The notes under the pieces were generated by a model. It was not told the origin of the DNA. It was given only the letters and a program-made list of their open reading frames with translations, and made no database searches. The position numbers and the translations under genes were made by a program. Below are positions 27,626-45,640 of a DNA stretch of 64,000 nucleotides, one piece after another. The DNA is from the human T2T-CHM13v2.0 reference genome, Homo sapiens. The DNA lies in the NCBI RefSeq assembly GCF_009914755.1, contig NC_060927.1; one strand, written 5' to 3'. Within the stretch, counting starts at the first letter, position 1; every line of letters starts with the position of its first letter.

Positions 27626-28441
27626 GACAAGAACAGCAAAGGGATGAAGAGTATAAGATTAGTATGGATTCATCACCAGCTCACTTTCAAATAAGAACAG
27701 CAACGATTTGCATGGTGAAGAAGGAGGCATTTTAGCTCAAGTCTGAAGTCCTTGACTAAGGTTATAGCAGAAGATGACTTTGGGTGTGGGTTAAGCTGGG
27801 TGTGGGTTAGGCTTTGGGTGTGGGTTAGGGTGTACCACTTTATATTTTCTGATTTAGAATGTTCTCTGCCTATATGAATACATTATAAAAGCTACAGGAA
27901 GGAGTCACATACATATCACATTCTACTATGAAAATAGTCTCATAAATCCATAATTTTAGGTAATTTTCCAAATATTTTACAGTGATATTTCTTAGTGACT
28001 GAAGCATAAGGAGTGCAATGCATGCTTGAGGTAGGAGTATATGAGCCTTAAGTGGGAAGACATTTGGAGATGAATGTAATCTGTATTGGTTTTGATGTTT
28101 TAAATCTGTTTGCCACTACACATCTGTAATGTAATATAATAAATATAATAAAACTTCTATGTGAACCATGTCTCTCCAGGATATGATAAAGATTTAAAAT
28201 GGAAGAACTTATCCTTTAGAGGAGTTAGAAAACCACAAGATTTTGCAATGTACTTTTCAATGATAGGAAAGTATTTTATAGTCACAAAAATCATAGAGTG
28301 ATGACAGTGTTGCTTGGAGACTGGGTTTGAAATTTTGACCGAATAACCTATTCATCTCTGTCCCAGCTATGTGCTTGATTTGTGTTTTGCACATTGAAAT
28401 AACATGCACTAAACTGACCATCATAACTGGTGATTTGGAAA

Positions 28442-28444
28442 TTC

Positions 28445-28505
<61 letters not shown>

Positions 28506-28745
28506 ACACACACAGAAGATGTGTGTGTGTGTGTGTATGGTTGTATGTATGTCTATGCTATACATATATATGTATGTATGTATACACATACATATATATG
28601 TATGTATGTATACACATACATATATATGTATACACATACATATATATGCATACACATACATATATATGTATACACATACATATATATATATAGCATAGAC
28701 ATACGTACACCCATACACACACACACACACACACACACATCTTCT
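28442..28745. repeat. Compound (TG)/(TA)/(CA) microsatellite forming two abutting inverted repeats
   Basis: Hairpin 1 at 28442-28517 and hairpin 2 at 28514-28745. Confidence 0.9.
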
Positions 28746-30283
28746 AACAAGTACACATTATTACTAGAGGTGATCTCATCTAAAAGAAAAAGCCATGGAA
28801 TGAACGTAAGACTTTAGACAGATATTCCTGATATATGTGCAAAAACATGGCACTTAAAATTATGTTAGTGGATTAATCACCAGTTTTGTAAAGTTTAATA
28901 CCAAATGACAGGGAAAACAGCACCGGGTTTGGCAGGCAGATGGAGAATGAACCGTTACGTCTCATCCATCTCCAATTCCTATGATTATATGATTAAATAT
29001 TAGTGTCCAGAGACGAGCAAGGGAAATGCCAGCCCTTGAAATACCAAGTGTAGGCCAGAAAAGACTGAATAAATACTTCACTGAGACAAATCCAGAAGAT
29101 GAATAAAGTGGCCAAAAACTGGGGTAGGAGAGGGCTCTTTCCCAGGTAGCTAATTAGAAATGTCTCAGGAACTTGAGTTGAATGAATTGGAAGAAAAAGT
29201 TTACTCAGGAAAAATAATTTTGAAATACAATTCAATAGCAAGAAGTGGTTTTTTTGAACAAATATTATTTTCTGCCACTTATATTTTATTTATTACTATG
29301 CTGACACAAAGTAGATGAAAGAATAATGGATAGATAAGCAAAAAGTCTCCTTCTAAGGGACTTTACAAGAGTATTACAAAATTATAGACTCCATCCCACC
29401 CGATAGTGAAAAATTATTTATAGCAGTCTTCTCAAAGGAAGAGACAGATAGAGGACAAGAATAATATGGAAGCTTCGTCAAACTATATGTAGCTTCTGTC
29501 CAAAATGTTAATACACATCTCAGTGGCAAGGAGTGTTTTCCCTTCTCTTTTTCATTTTGAGAACCTGTATCGTAAATATACTAGCATGCTGGATACCTCA
29601 GCAAATGCAAACTCTCACTCAGCATTTCCCCTATCTCAGGGACTATGTATGGCAATTTATATATGAGGTTAATGCCTGCATTAGCACTAGAAAGTAGGTA
29701 ATATAATTAACCCAATTTTACAGTCACAGTAACTGATGCTTACACACCTTAAAGAATCTGACCAAGATAACAGGTTTAGAAAGTTGTAGAGAAACTAGGA
29801 CTAGAACCATTGTCATTCTGACTTCAAAGTCTATGCTTTTATCCATTATCTATTAAACTATACTAAGTGTTGATGGAGGAGAAACAAAAATAGAAATTGA
29901 ACTGAAAAATTTAAAAAGTGTTAATTTACAGCCCCCCCCAACACACACTCATTGTATTGTAAAATTTTTGAACTTTATATTTTCCTGATGCCACAATATC
30001 CCCACAAACAGGCTGTGAGGTGACCTAGTGACTTTCAAACACAGCAATGAAATCCCCTCATATTTTTTGCTCCTCCATCCTAACCCCTAATGAAGGCACT
30101 TGGCTTCCAGGCATCACTCTCTGCACCCCCACCTGCTTGGTTGATCCCTCTGCTTGGGAGCTGCTCCCATATGGCCCTGCATGGCTTGCTGTGCCTCCTG
30201 TCCCTATGACCTGTGAGTAAATAAATTCTTTAATTGAATATGCCTCTCTGAGTGCAATTTCCTCAGGTGTGCTGGAATGATCT

Positions 30284-30460
30284 TTTTTAAAATTTACTTA
30301 TTTATTTATTTAGAAACAGGGCATTGCTCTGTTGCCCAGGCTGGAGTGCGGTGGCATGATCATGGCTCACTGCAACCTTGACCTCCCAGATTCAAGCAAT
30401 CCTTCCACTTCAGCCTCCCAAAGTGCTAGGATTACAGGTATGAGTCATCATGCCTGACCT
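30284..30460 (-). mobile_element. Monomeric AluJ-type element (left-arm 5' end fused to right-arm 3' end)
   Basis: Right-arm segment gctggagtgcggtggcatgatc joined to left-arm cctcccaaagtgctaggattacagg; TSD tggaatgatc/tggaataatt. Confidence 0.75.
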
Positions 30461-31340
30461 GGAATAATTTTCAAAGAGCGCAGAAGGGGGACCTATATAT
30501 ATGTAATTTCATATGTTTTATATATTTGTAGTATATGTATAATTACATTATACTTATATATTTTATATATTATATGTAAATATAAATAGAATTTTTATTC
30601 AAGTTCATAAGAAACATGGCCTCTTTCTAAATATTGTTATTTATTTACATATGCCTCCACAACAATACTCCCAGAATAAATGTATAGATGAATGCTAATG
30701 TTTTTATCGGATTTAAATTCCAATGCCTCTATTTGGAGCTAGACCTAGATAAAAGGAAGTCAGTTACATGTTTAAGGCACAAAATTTTAATTATCTTAAA
30801 CTTTGTAGAAATAAATTTTTAGAAATTTATAAAATCATAGAAAAAGTTGACAATTTTCTTATTACTATTACCAAGAACTGATGATGCTTTACATCGTAAG
30901 ATACTTGCTTTAATATTCCATTGTAAGAAGTGGGGAAGTTCCTTCATTTTTGTTTCCATACCTTTTATGTATTTCTTGCCTCTCTAAGAGATAAAAATAT
31001 TAATACTATCATACTTTTCCTCATCTTCCCTTACTCTAACTCCATTTTTTTTATTAGTGTTAAAATTATGATGTTGATTTCACATTATACATGTTTATAG
31101 CCTTTATATTGCGTTCTATAAAAATCCTTCTCAGAGTCATTTGTTGTTATTTCTATATTTAAATAAATCCAAATGTTAATTGCAAGCGAGTTTATCATGG
31201 TGTCTTTATTGTTGAGCTTTTGTCTTGATTTACCACCTAACTGATTGGATTTGTTGTCCAGCAGGTTGACTCTTTCCAAAAAAGACTGTTACGACGTTTC
31301 CTGAATATTTTGTATTGGAGAATTTCTGCCTACTGTCTGG

Positions 31341-31651
31341 TTTTTTTTTTTTTTTTTTTTTTTAAGACGGAGTCTCACTCTGTCATCCAGGCTGGAGTGC
31401 AAAGGCATGAGATCGGCTCACTGCAACCCCGCCTCCTGGGTTCAAGCGATTCTCCTGCCTCAGCCTACCAGGTAGCTGGGATTACACATGTGTGCCCCAT
31501 GCACAGCTGATTTTTTTTTTTTTGTATTTTTAGTAAAAACGGGGGTTTCACCATGTTGGCAAGGCTGGCCTTGAACTACTGACCTCAAGTGATCAGCCTG
31601 CCTCAGCCTCCCAAAGTGCTGGGATTACACACGAGAGCCACTGTGCCTTGC
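31341..31651 (-). mobile_element. AluS (Sz/Sx-like)
   Basis: Poly-T, full reverse dimer, gacctcaagtgatc; TSD ttctgcctactgtct/ttctgtttattgtct. Confidence 0.92.
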
Positions 31652-31849
31652 TTCTGTTTATTGTCTTTATATTTGACTGACATCTTAATCAGATATAATA
31701 TTCATAGTTAAAATGCTCTTTTGTCAGAATTTGGTACACTTTTTCTTTTTTCTAGTGTGGAATGAGGTTGTAGAGGAGTGAGAGGCCACCATAAGTTTTC
31801 TCTTTAAGGTGATCTTTTTTTTCTGCTTACATGGGTAACAAAACAACAT

Positions 31850-34800
31850 TTTTAAAAATTATTATTATATTTTAGGTTCTGGGATATATGTGCAGAACAT
31901 GCAGGTTTATTACATAGGTATACACGTGCGATGGTGGTTTGCTGCACCCATCAACCTGCCATCTACATTATGTATTTCTCCTAATGCTATCCCTCCCCTA
32001 ACCTCCCACCCGCTGACAGGCCCCAGTGTGTGATGTTCTCCTCCTTGTGCCCATGTGTTCTCATTGTTCAACTCCCACTTATGAGTGAGAACACACGGTG
32101 TTAGGTTTTTTGATCCTGTGTTAGTTTGCTGAGAATGACAGTTTCCAGCTTCATCCATGTCCCTGCAAAGGACATGAACTCATCCTTTTTTATGGCTGAA
32201 TAGTATTCCATGCTCTATATGTGACACATTTTCTTTATCCAGTCTATCATTGATGGGCCTTTGGATTGGTTCCAAGTCTTTGCTATTTTGAACAGTGCAG
32301 CAATAAACATGCATGTGCATGTGTCTTTATAGTAGCATGATTTATAATCCATTGGGTATATATACAGTAATGGGACTGCTGGGTCAAATGGTATTTCTGG
32401 TTCTAGATCCTTGAGGAATAGCCACACTGTCTTCCACAATGGTTGAACTAATTTACACTCCTACCAACAGTGTAAAAGCGTTCCTATTTCTCCACCTCCT
32501 CTCCAGCCATCTGTTGTTTCCTGACTTTTTAATGATTGCCATTCTAACTGGTGTGAGATGGTATCTCATTGTGGTTTTGATTTGCATTTCTCTAATGGCC
32601 AGTGATGATGAGCTTGTTTTCATAAGTTTGTTGGCTGCATAAATGCCTTCTTTTGAGACGTGTCTGTTCATATTCTTCACCCACTTGTTGATGGGGTTTT
32701 TTTCCTTGTAAATTTGTTTGAGTTCTTTGTAGATTCTGGATATTAGCCATTGTCAGATGCATAAATTGCAAAAAATGTTCTCCCATTCTGTAGGTTGCCT
32801 GTTCACTCCAATGACAGTTTCTTTCACTGTGCAGAAGCTCTTTAGTTTGATTAGATCCCATTTGTCAATTCTGGCTTTTGTTGCCATTGCTTTTGGTGTT
32901 TTAATCATGAAGTCTTTGCACATGCTTATGTCCTGAATGGTATTGCCTAGGTTTTCTTCTAGGGTTTTTATGGTTTTAGGTCTTACATTTAAGTCTGTAA
33001 TCTATCTTGAGTTAATTTTTTTATGAGGTGTAAGGAAGGGGTCCAGTTTCAGTTTTCTGCATATGGCTAGCTAGTTTTCCCAACACCATTTATTAAATAA
33101 AGAATCCTTTCCCCATTGCTTGTTTTTGTCAAGTTTATCAAAGATCAGATGGTTGTAGATGTGTGGCATCATTTCTAAGGCCTCTGTTCTGTTCAATTGG
33201 TCGATATCTGTTATGGTACCAGTACCATACTGTTTTGGTTACTGTAGCCCTGTAGTATAGTTTGAAGTCAGGAAGCATGATCCTTCCAGCTTTGTTCTTT
33301 TCACTTAGGATTGTCTTGGCTATATGGGCTCTTTTTTGTTTCCATATGAAATTTAAGTCATTTTTTCTAATTCTGAGAAGAAAGTCAATGGTAGCTTGAT
33401 GGGGATAGCATTGATTCTACAAATTACTTTGGGCAGTATGGCCATTTTCACAATATTGATTCTTCTACCCATAAGCATGGAATTTTTTCCATTTGTTTGT
33501 GTCCACTCTTATTTCTTTGAGCTGAGATTTGTAGTTCTCCTGGAAGAGGCCCTTCCCATCCCTTGTAAGTTGTATTCCTACGTATGTTATTCTCTTTGTA
33601 GCTATTGTGAATGAGAATTCACTCATGATTTGGCTCTCTGTTTGTCTATTATTGGTGTAGAGGAACGGTTGTGATTTTTGCACACTGATTTTGTATCCTG
33701 AGACTTTGTATCCTGTTGCATTTTTATTTCTGCCTTAATTTTGCTATTTATCCAGTAGTCATTGAAAAGGTTTTCAATTTCCATGTAGTTGTGCAGTTTT
33801 GAGTGAGTTTCTTAGTCCTGAGTTCTAACTTGATTGCACTGTGGTCTGAAAGACTGTTTGTTATGATTTCCATTCTTTTGCATTTGCTGAGGAGTGTTTT
33901 ACTTCCAGTTATGTGGTCAATTTTAGAATATGTGTGATGAAGTGCTGAGAAGAATGTACATTATGTTGATTTGGGGTGGAGAGTTCTGTAGGTATCTATT
34001 AGATCTGCTTGGCCCAGAGCTGAGTTCAAGTCCTGAATATCCTTGTTAATTTTCTGTCTCATTGATCTGTCTAATACTGACAGTGGGGTGCTAAAGTCTC
34101 CCACTGTTATTGTATGGGAGTCTAAGTCTCTTTGTAGGTCTCTAAGAACTTGCTTTCTGAACCTGGGGGCTCCTGTATTGGGTGCATATATATTTAGGAT
34201 AGTTAGTTCTTCTTGTTGCATCGATCCCTTTACCATTACGTAATGTCCTCCTTTGTCTCTTTTGATCTATGTTGGTTTAAAGTCTGTTTTTATCGGAGAA
34301 TAGGAATGCAAACCCTGCTTTTATTTTGTTTTACATTTGCTTGATAAATATTCCTCTATCCTATTATTTTGAGCATATGTGTGTCTTTGCACGTGAGATG
34401 GGTCTCCTGAATACAGCACTCTGATGGGTCTTGAATATTTATCCAATTTGCCAGTCTGTGTCTTTTAATTGGGGCATTTAGCCCGCTTACATTTAAGGTT
34501 AATATTGTTATGTGTGAATTTGATCCTGTCATTATGATGCTAGCTGGCTACCTTGCCCATTAGTTGATGCAGTTTTTTCATAGTGTCAATGGTCTTTACG
34601 ATTTGGTATGTTTTTGCAGTGGCAGATACTGGTTTTTCCTTTCATATTTAGTGTGTCCTTCAGGAGCTCTTGTAAGGCAGGCCTGGTGGTGACAAAATTC
34701 CTCAGCATTTGTTTGTAAAGGATTTTATTTCTCCTTCACTTGTGATGTGTAATTTGGCTGGATATGAAATTCTGGATTGAAAATTATTTTCTTTAAGAAT

Positions 34801-35930
34801 GTTGAAGATTGGCCCCCACTGTCTTCTGGCTTGTAGGGTTTCTGCAGAGAGATCTGCTCTTAGTCTGACTGGATTCCCTTTGTGGGTAACCCAATCTTTC
34901 TCTCTATCTGCACTTAACATTTTCTCCTTCATTTCAACCTTGGTGAATCTGACAAATATGTGTCTTGGGGTTGCTCTTGTTGAGGAATATCTTACTGGTG
35001 TTCTCTGTATTTCCTGAATTTGAATGTTGGCCTGTCTTGTTAGGCTGGGGATGTTCTCCTGGATAATATACTGAAGTGTGTTTTCCAACTTGGTTCCATT
35101 CTCCCCATCACTTTCAGGTACACCAATCAATCATAGGTTTGGTCTTTTCACATAATCCCATATTTCTTGAAGGCTTTGTTCTTTCTTTTTCATTCTTTAT
35201 TCCCTAATCTTGTCTTCATGCTTTATTTCATTAAGTTGATCTTTAATCTCTGATATCCTTTCTTCCACTTGATCGATTTGGCTATTGATACTTGTGTATG
35301 CTTCACAAAGCTCTCGTGCTGTGTTTTTCAGCTCCATCAGGTCATTTATGTTCTTCTCTAAACTGGTTATTCTAGTTAGCAATTCCTCTAACCTTTTTTC
35401 TAGGTTCTTAGCTTCCTTGCACTTGGTTAGGACATACTCCTTTAGCTTGGAGGAGTTTGTTATTATCCACCTTCTGAAGCCTACTTCTGTCAATTCATCA
35501 AACTCATTCTCCATTCAGTTTTGTTCCCTTGCTGGTGAGGAGTTGTGATCCTTTGGAGGAGAAGAGGCATTCTGGTTTTTGGAATTTTCAGGCTTTTTCC
35601 GCTGCTTTTTCCTCATCTTTGTGGATTTCTCTACCTCTGGTCTTTGATGTTGGTGACCTTCAGATGGAGTTTTTGTGTGGTCATCCTTTTTGTTGATGTT
35701 GATGCTATTGCTTTCTGTTTGTTAGTTTTCCTTATAACAGTCATGCACCTCTTCTGCAGGTCTGCTGGAGTTTGTTGAAGGTCCACTCCAGACCGTATTT
35801 GCCTAGGTATCACCAGCAGAGGCTGAAGAACAGCAAAGATTGCTTTCTGCCCCTTCCTCTGGAACCTTCGTCCCAGAGGGGCACCTGCCAGATGCCAACT
35901 GGAGCTCTCCTGTATGAGATGTCTGTCAAC
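31850..35930 (-). mobile_element. L1PA7/8-like arm: 3'UTR, ORF2 with ~1.36-kb internal deletion at ~33710, ORF1, part of 5'UTR
   Basis: 3'UTR gttctgggatatatgtgcagaacatgcagg…cccgctgacaggcccc; ORF track fragments of ORF2 (32215-33683, 33961-34236) and ORF1 (34702-35514), all broken. Confidence 0.9.
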
Positions 35931-36677
35931 CCAGAATGCCTCTTCTCCTCCAAGTATCACAACTCCTCACCAGCAAGTGAACAAACTAGATGGAGCATGA
36001 GTTTGACAAATTGACAAAAGTAGGCTTCAGAAGGTGGGTAATAACAAATTGCTCCAAGCAAAAGCAACATGTTCTAACCCAATGCAAAGAAGCTAAGAAC
36101 ATCAAAAAAAGGTTAGAGGAATTGCTATCTAGAATAAGCAGTTTAGAGAAGAACATAAATGACCTGATGGAACTGAAAAACACAGCACGAGAACTTCGTG
36201 AAGCATACACAAGTATCAATAGCCAAATTGATCAAGTGGAAGATATCAGAGATTGAAGATCAATGTAATGAAATAAAGTGTGATGACAAGATTATAGAAA
36301 AAAGAGTGAAAAGGAACGAACAAAGCCTTCAATAAATATAGGACTATGTGAAAAGACCAAACCTACGATTAACTGGTGTACCTGAAAGTGACAGGGAGAT
36401 TGGAACCAAGTTGGAAAACACACATCAGAATATTATCCGGAAGACATCTCCAACCCAGCAACAGGCCAACATTCAAATTCAGGAAATACAGAGAACACCA
36501 TATTCTTCAAAAAAAAAATTTCAACCCAGAACTTCATATCCAGCCAAACTAAGCTTTGAAAGACAAAAGAAGGGCATTACATAATGGTAAAGGGATCAAT
36601 GCAACAAGAAGAACTAACCATCCTAAATATATATGCACCGAATGCAGGAGCACCCAGATTCAGAAAGCAAGTTCTTA

Positions 36678-40897
<4,220 letters not shown>

Positions 40898-42180
40898 AGA
40901 GACCTACAAAGAGACTTAGACTCCCAAATAATAATAGTGGGAAACTTTAACACTCCACTGTCAATATTAGACAGATCAATGAGACAGAAAATTAACAAGG
41001 ATATTCAGGACTTGAACTCAGCTCTGAGCCAAGCAGATCTGATAGACATCTACAGAACTCTCCACCCCAAATCAACATTATATACATTCTTCTCAGCACC
41101 ACATCGCACTTATTCTAAAGCTGACCACGTAATTAGAAGTAGAACACTCCTCAGCAAATTCAGAAAAATGGAAATCATAACAGTCTCTCAGACCACAGTG
41201 CAATCAAATTAGAACTCAGGATTAAGAAACTCACTCAAAACCGCACAACTGCATGGAAACTGAACAGCCTGCTCCTGAATGACTACTGGGTAGAAGGCAG
41301 AAGTAAGGATTTTCTTTGAAACTAATGAGAAGAAAGACACAATGTAACAGAATCTCTGGGACACAGCTAAAGCAGTGTTTACAGGGAAATTTATAATACT
41401 GAATGCCCACAGGAGACAGCAGGAAAATCTAAAATCGAGACCCAAACACCACAATTAACTACAGAAGCAAGAGAAAACAAATTCAAAAGCTAGCAGGGGC
41501 AAGAAATAACTAAGATCAGGGCAAAACTGAAGGAAGTAGAGACACGAAAAACACTTCAAAAAATCAATTTATCCAGGAGCTGGTTTTTTGAAAAGATTAA
41601 CAAAAGAGCCCACTAGCTAGACTAATAAAGAAGAAAAGAGAGAAGAATGAAATAGACCCAACAAAAAATGATATAGGGGATATCAGCACTGATCCCACAG
41701 AAATACTAACTACCATCAGAGAATACTATAAACCTCTGCACAAATGAACTAGAAAATCTAGAATAAATAGATAAATTCCTGGACACATACACCCTCCCAA
41801 GACTAAACCAGGAAGAAGTTTAATCCCTGAATAAACCAATAACAAGTTCTGAAATTGAGGCAGTAATTAGTAGCCTACCAACCAAAAAAAAATAAAAATA
41901 AAAGCCCAGGACCTGACAGATTCACAGCCAAACTCTACCAGAGGTGCAAAGAGGAGCTGGTACCATTCTTTCTGAAGCTATTTCAAACAAGAGAAAAAGA
42001 ATGACTCCTCTCTAACTCATTTTATGAGGCCAGCATCATCCTGATACCAAAACCTGGCAGGGACACAACAAACAAAGAAAATTTCAGGCCAGTATCCCTG
42101 ATGAACATTGATGTGAAAATCCTCAATAAAATACTGGTAAACAGAATCCAGCAGCACATCAAAAAGCTTATCCACCATGA

Positions 42181-42807
<627 letters not shown>

Positions 42808-43973
42808 TAACTCACAAGGGATGTGAAGGACCTCTTCACAGAGAACTACAAACCACTGCTCAAGGAAATAAGAGAGGACATAAACAAAAGGAAACACATT
42901 CCATGCTCATAGATAGGAAGAATCAATATCGTGAAAATGGCCATACTGCCCAAAGTCATTTATAGCTTCAATGCTATCCCATCAAGCTATCACTGACTTT
43001 CTTCACAGAATTAGAAAAAACTACTTTAAATTTCATACTGAACCAAAAAAAAAGCCCGTATAGCCAAGACAATCGTAAGCCAAAAGAACAGAACAGCATA
43101 TTTTTAAACTGGCTGTTGATAATTTTGCTTCTGTAGTCGCCTATGGCTAATTTTTTTCTTATTTTTAATAGTTTTGTACTTCACTATTATAAACAGCATG
43201 TTATGAAGATCTTTGCACATGCATACTATTATACATAATTGAATATAAATTTAAAGTTAATTTTAGAAGTCTTATTACCTGAATAGTGCACATGCATTAC
43301 AAATATTTACAAATATTACAAGTTGCCTTCTATAGGGGTATCATTGTCAACTCCCATTATCAATGTATAATTGTACATGTTGCCCCACCCCAATAAATAC
43401 AGTGTATTAATTTTTCAGCATTATAGATTTGCTGAGTAAAATGTAGTATCTTATTTAATTTTCATTTTTCTTATTACGAGTGAAGTTTAGCCCCTGTTTA
43501 TATTTAAGGGTGTTTTACATTCTTTTTTCAGTTTGAGTTTCATACTCTTTACCCATTTTTATTGAATATTTTCTATTTGATATGTAGGTATTACTAATAT
43601 ATTAAGAAAATTAATACTCCCAATGCTTGCAATTTCTCATAAAAATATTTTCCCAGTTTATCAGTTGTCTGCCAGCTTTCTGCATAGCATTTTGTGATGC
43701 AAATATTTAATTTTTATATCCAATTTTATCAAACATTTTTATGGCTGCTGGGATTCTGTCATGGCTAAGAAAACTGTTTTCCATTCCAATATTATAACCT
43801 TTTCCCATTTTTTCTTTTAGGTATGTTTATGGTTTCATGTGAGACCTTAGACAAGTTACCTAACATTTCTGTGCTCAAATGTCCTTATTGATAGTGGGGA
43901 CAGTATCAACAATACATTCCTCATAGAATTCTGTGGTTTAAGTTACTTCATAAAAGGAAAATAAACAATTATT

Positions 43974-44153
43974 AGCCAGACGTGGTGACTCAGGCCTGTA
44001 ATCCCAACACTTTGGGAGGGTGAGGCAGGAGGACTGCTTACAGCCAGAAGTTTGAGATCAGCCTGGTCAACAAAAGTGAGACCTTGTCTCTACATTAAAA
44101 AATAAATTAGCCAGGTGTGATGTTGTGCACCTGTAATTCCAGTTATTCAAAAG
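43974..44153 (+). mobile_element. AluJ, 3'-truncated
   Basis: J-type left arm (gaggcaggaggactgctt), linker and start of the right arm only. Confidence 0.8.
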
Positions 44154-44997
44154 GAAGGGGAAGGAGAACAGAACTCTCTCTTCAAATCTTCAAAAAATAG
44201 TTAAAAACGAAATTTAAAAACTTGCACACTGTGAGAACTTAAAAAGGGATAGCTATCTTACTGTTATTGAATAATCCTGTTTTCATCACTGGTATGCACA
44301 ACGTCATCTTTATCATATACTAAATTTTTAAAACTATTTAGCTCCATTTCTACATGTTTCACGTGACGAAATCAGTGGTGTTTCTCCAAGCTCCTATATT
44401 ATCTTCCTATTATGGCCCTGATTATATTATTTTGTATCTATTGTTTGTCTAGATTGTTATCATTGGACTACAAATTATTTGAGGAGGAAGATTTTATTGT
44501 TTTCTTTGCACACCCACTGCCTACAAACTAACATAGTAAATTTACAGTAAATATTTTTTAAAAATTCAGGTCTATAAAGGCATCTGTAATTGAATTCACC
44601 CAAAATATTTCAATTCGACGTAGCCAAATTTATCAAATTCTCTCTTTGATTTTTCCCTTCTGTGTCCTAAGAAATCTTCGCATAAGCCAAGGTCACAGAG
44701 ATTTTTTTTCCTTTGTATTTTCTAGACATTTTGTTATTTTATCTAATGTTTAAGTCTATGACACATTTCAATTTATACTTGGTATGCGGTTAAGAGTGAA
44801 GGCTGAGGTTCATTTTATTTTGTGTATATTGTTCTTCAATTATTCTAGCACCACTTTTTAAAAGACAATCCTTTCCCTAATGAATTACCTTGTGGTAAAT
44901 AAACTATGCATCATTAGACTTACATATTTCAGATCTTTGTACCTTTTTGTAAACCATTTGACAGTACATTCAAATGGAATGATTTTTAAATGGAGAT

Positions 44998-44999
<2 letters not shown>

Positions 45000-45036
<37 letters not shown>

Positions 45037-45319
45037 GTGAGACGGAGTCTTGCTCTGTCGCCCAGGCTGGAGTGCGGTGGCGCGATCTCGGCTCACCCCA
45101 AGTTCTCCTCCCGGGTTCACGCCATTCTCCTGCCTCAGCCTCCCGAGTAGCTGGGACTACAGGGGCCCACCACCACGCCTGGCTAATTTTTTTTTTTTTT
45201 TTTTTGTATTTTCAGTAGAGACCAGGTTTCACCGTGTCAGCCAGGATGGTCTCAATCTCCTGACCTCGTGATCCGCCCACATCGTCCTCCCAAAGTGCTG
45301 GGATTACAGGCGGGAGCCA
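45000..45319 (-). mobile_element. AluY with 36-nt poly-A tail, missing about 12 nt at the 5' end
   Basis: gggttcacgccattctcc, cagccaggatggtctc, gacctcgtgatcc. Confidence 0.93.
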
Positions 45320-45419
45320 ATATTTTTTAAATTAACCTCAATGTTTTCATTATTTTCTCATTGTCTTTTCAGTTATTTTAATTCAACTTTTTTTTTATTT
45401 GATAATGATTCATAGGCCG

Positions 45420-45640
45420 GCAGTAAGATGTAACAAAAAAGAAAACACATTGAAATCAGAAAGTCTTAGGTTCAAATGCCCACTGTGCCATTTACTACCT
45501 GTTTGTGGGTTATTTATATAATAACCTGTAACCTCAGTTTCTTTAATTATAAAATGTAGATAATTTCTATTTCCTAAGGTTATATGGAAGATTACTTAAA
45601 ATTACTAATGTGGGGATGGGGTTTACTTACTAAGCATACA
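45420..45640 (+). mobile_element. MIR
   Basis: ggttcaaatgcccactgtgccatttactacctgt…cctcagtttctttaattataaaatg. Confidence 0.6.

Noticed and set aside
27820-27833. Interstitial telomeric repeat
   Set aside because: Only one TTAGGG is present; it is better explained as a local triplication.
28257-28817. Cluster of 60-159 aa ORFs rich in Y/I/C/V/H/T
   Set aside because: These are translations of dinucleotide repeats.
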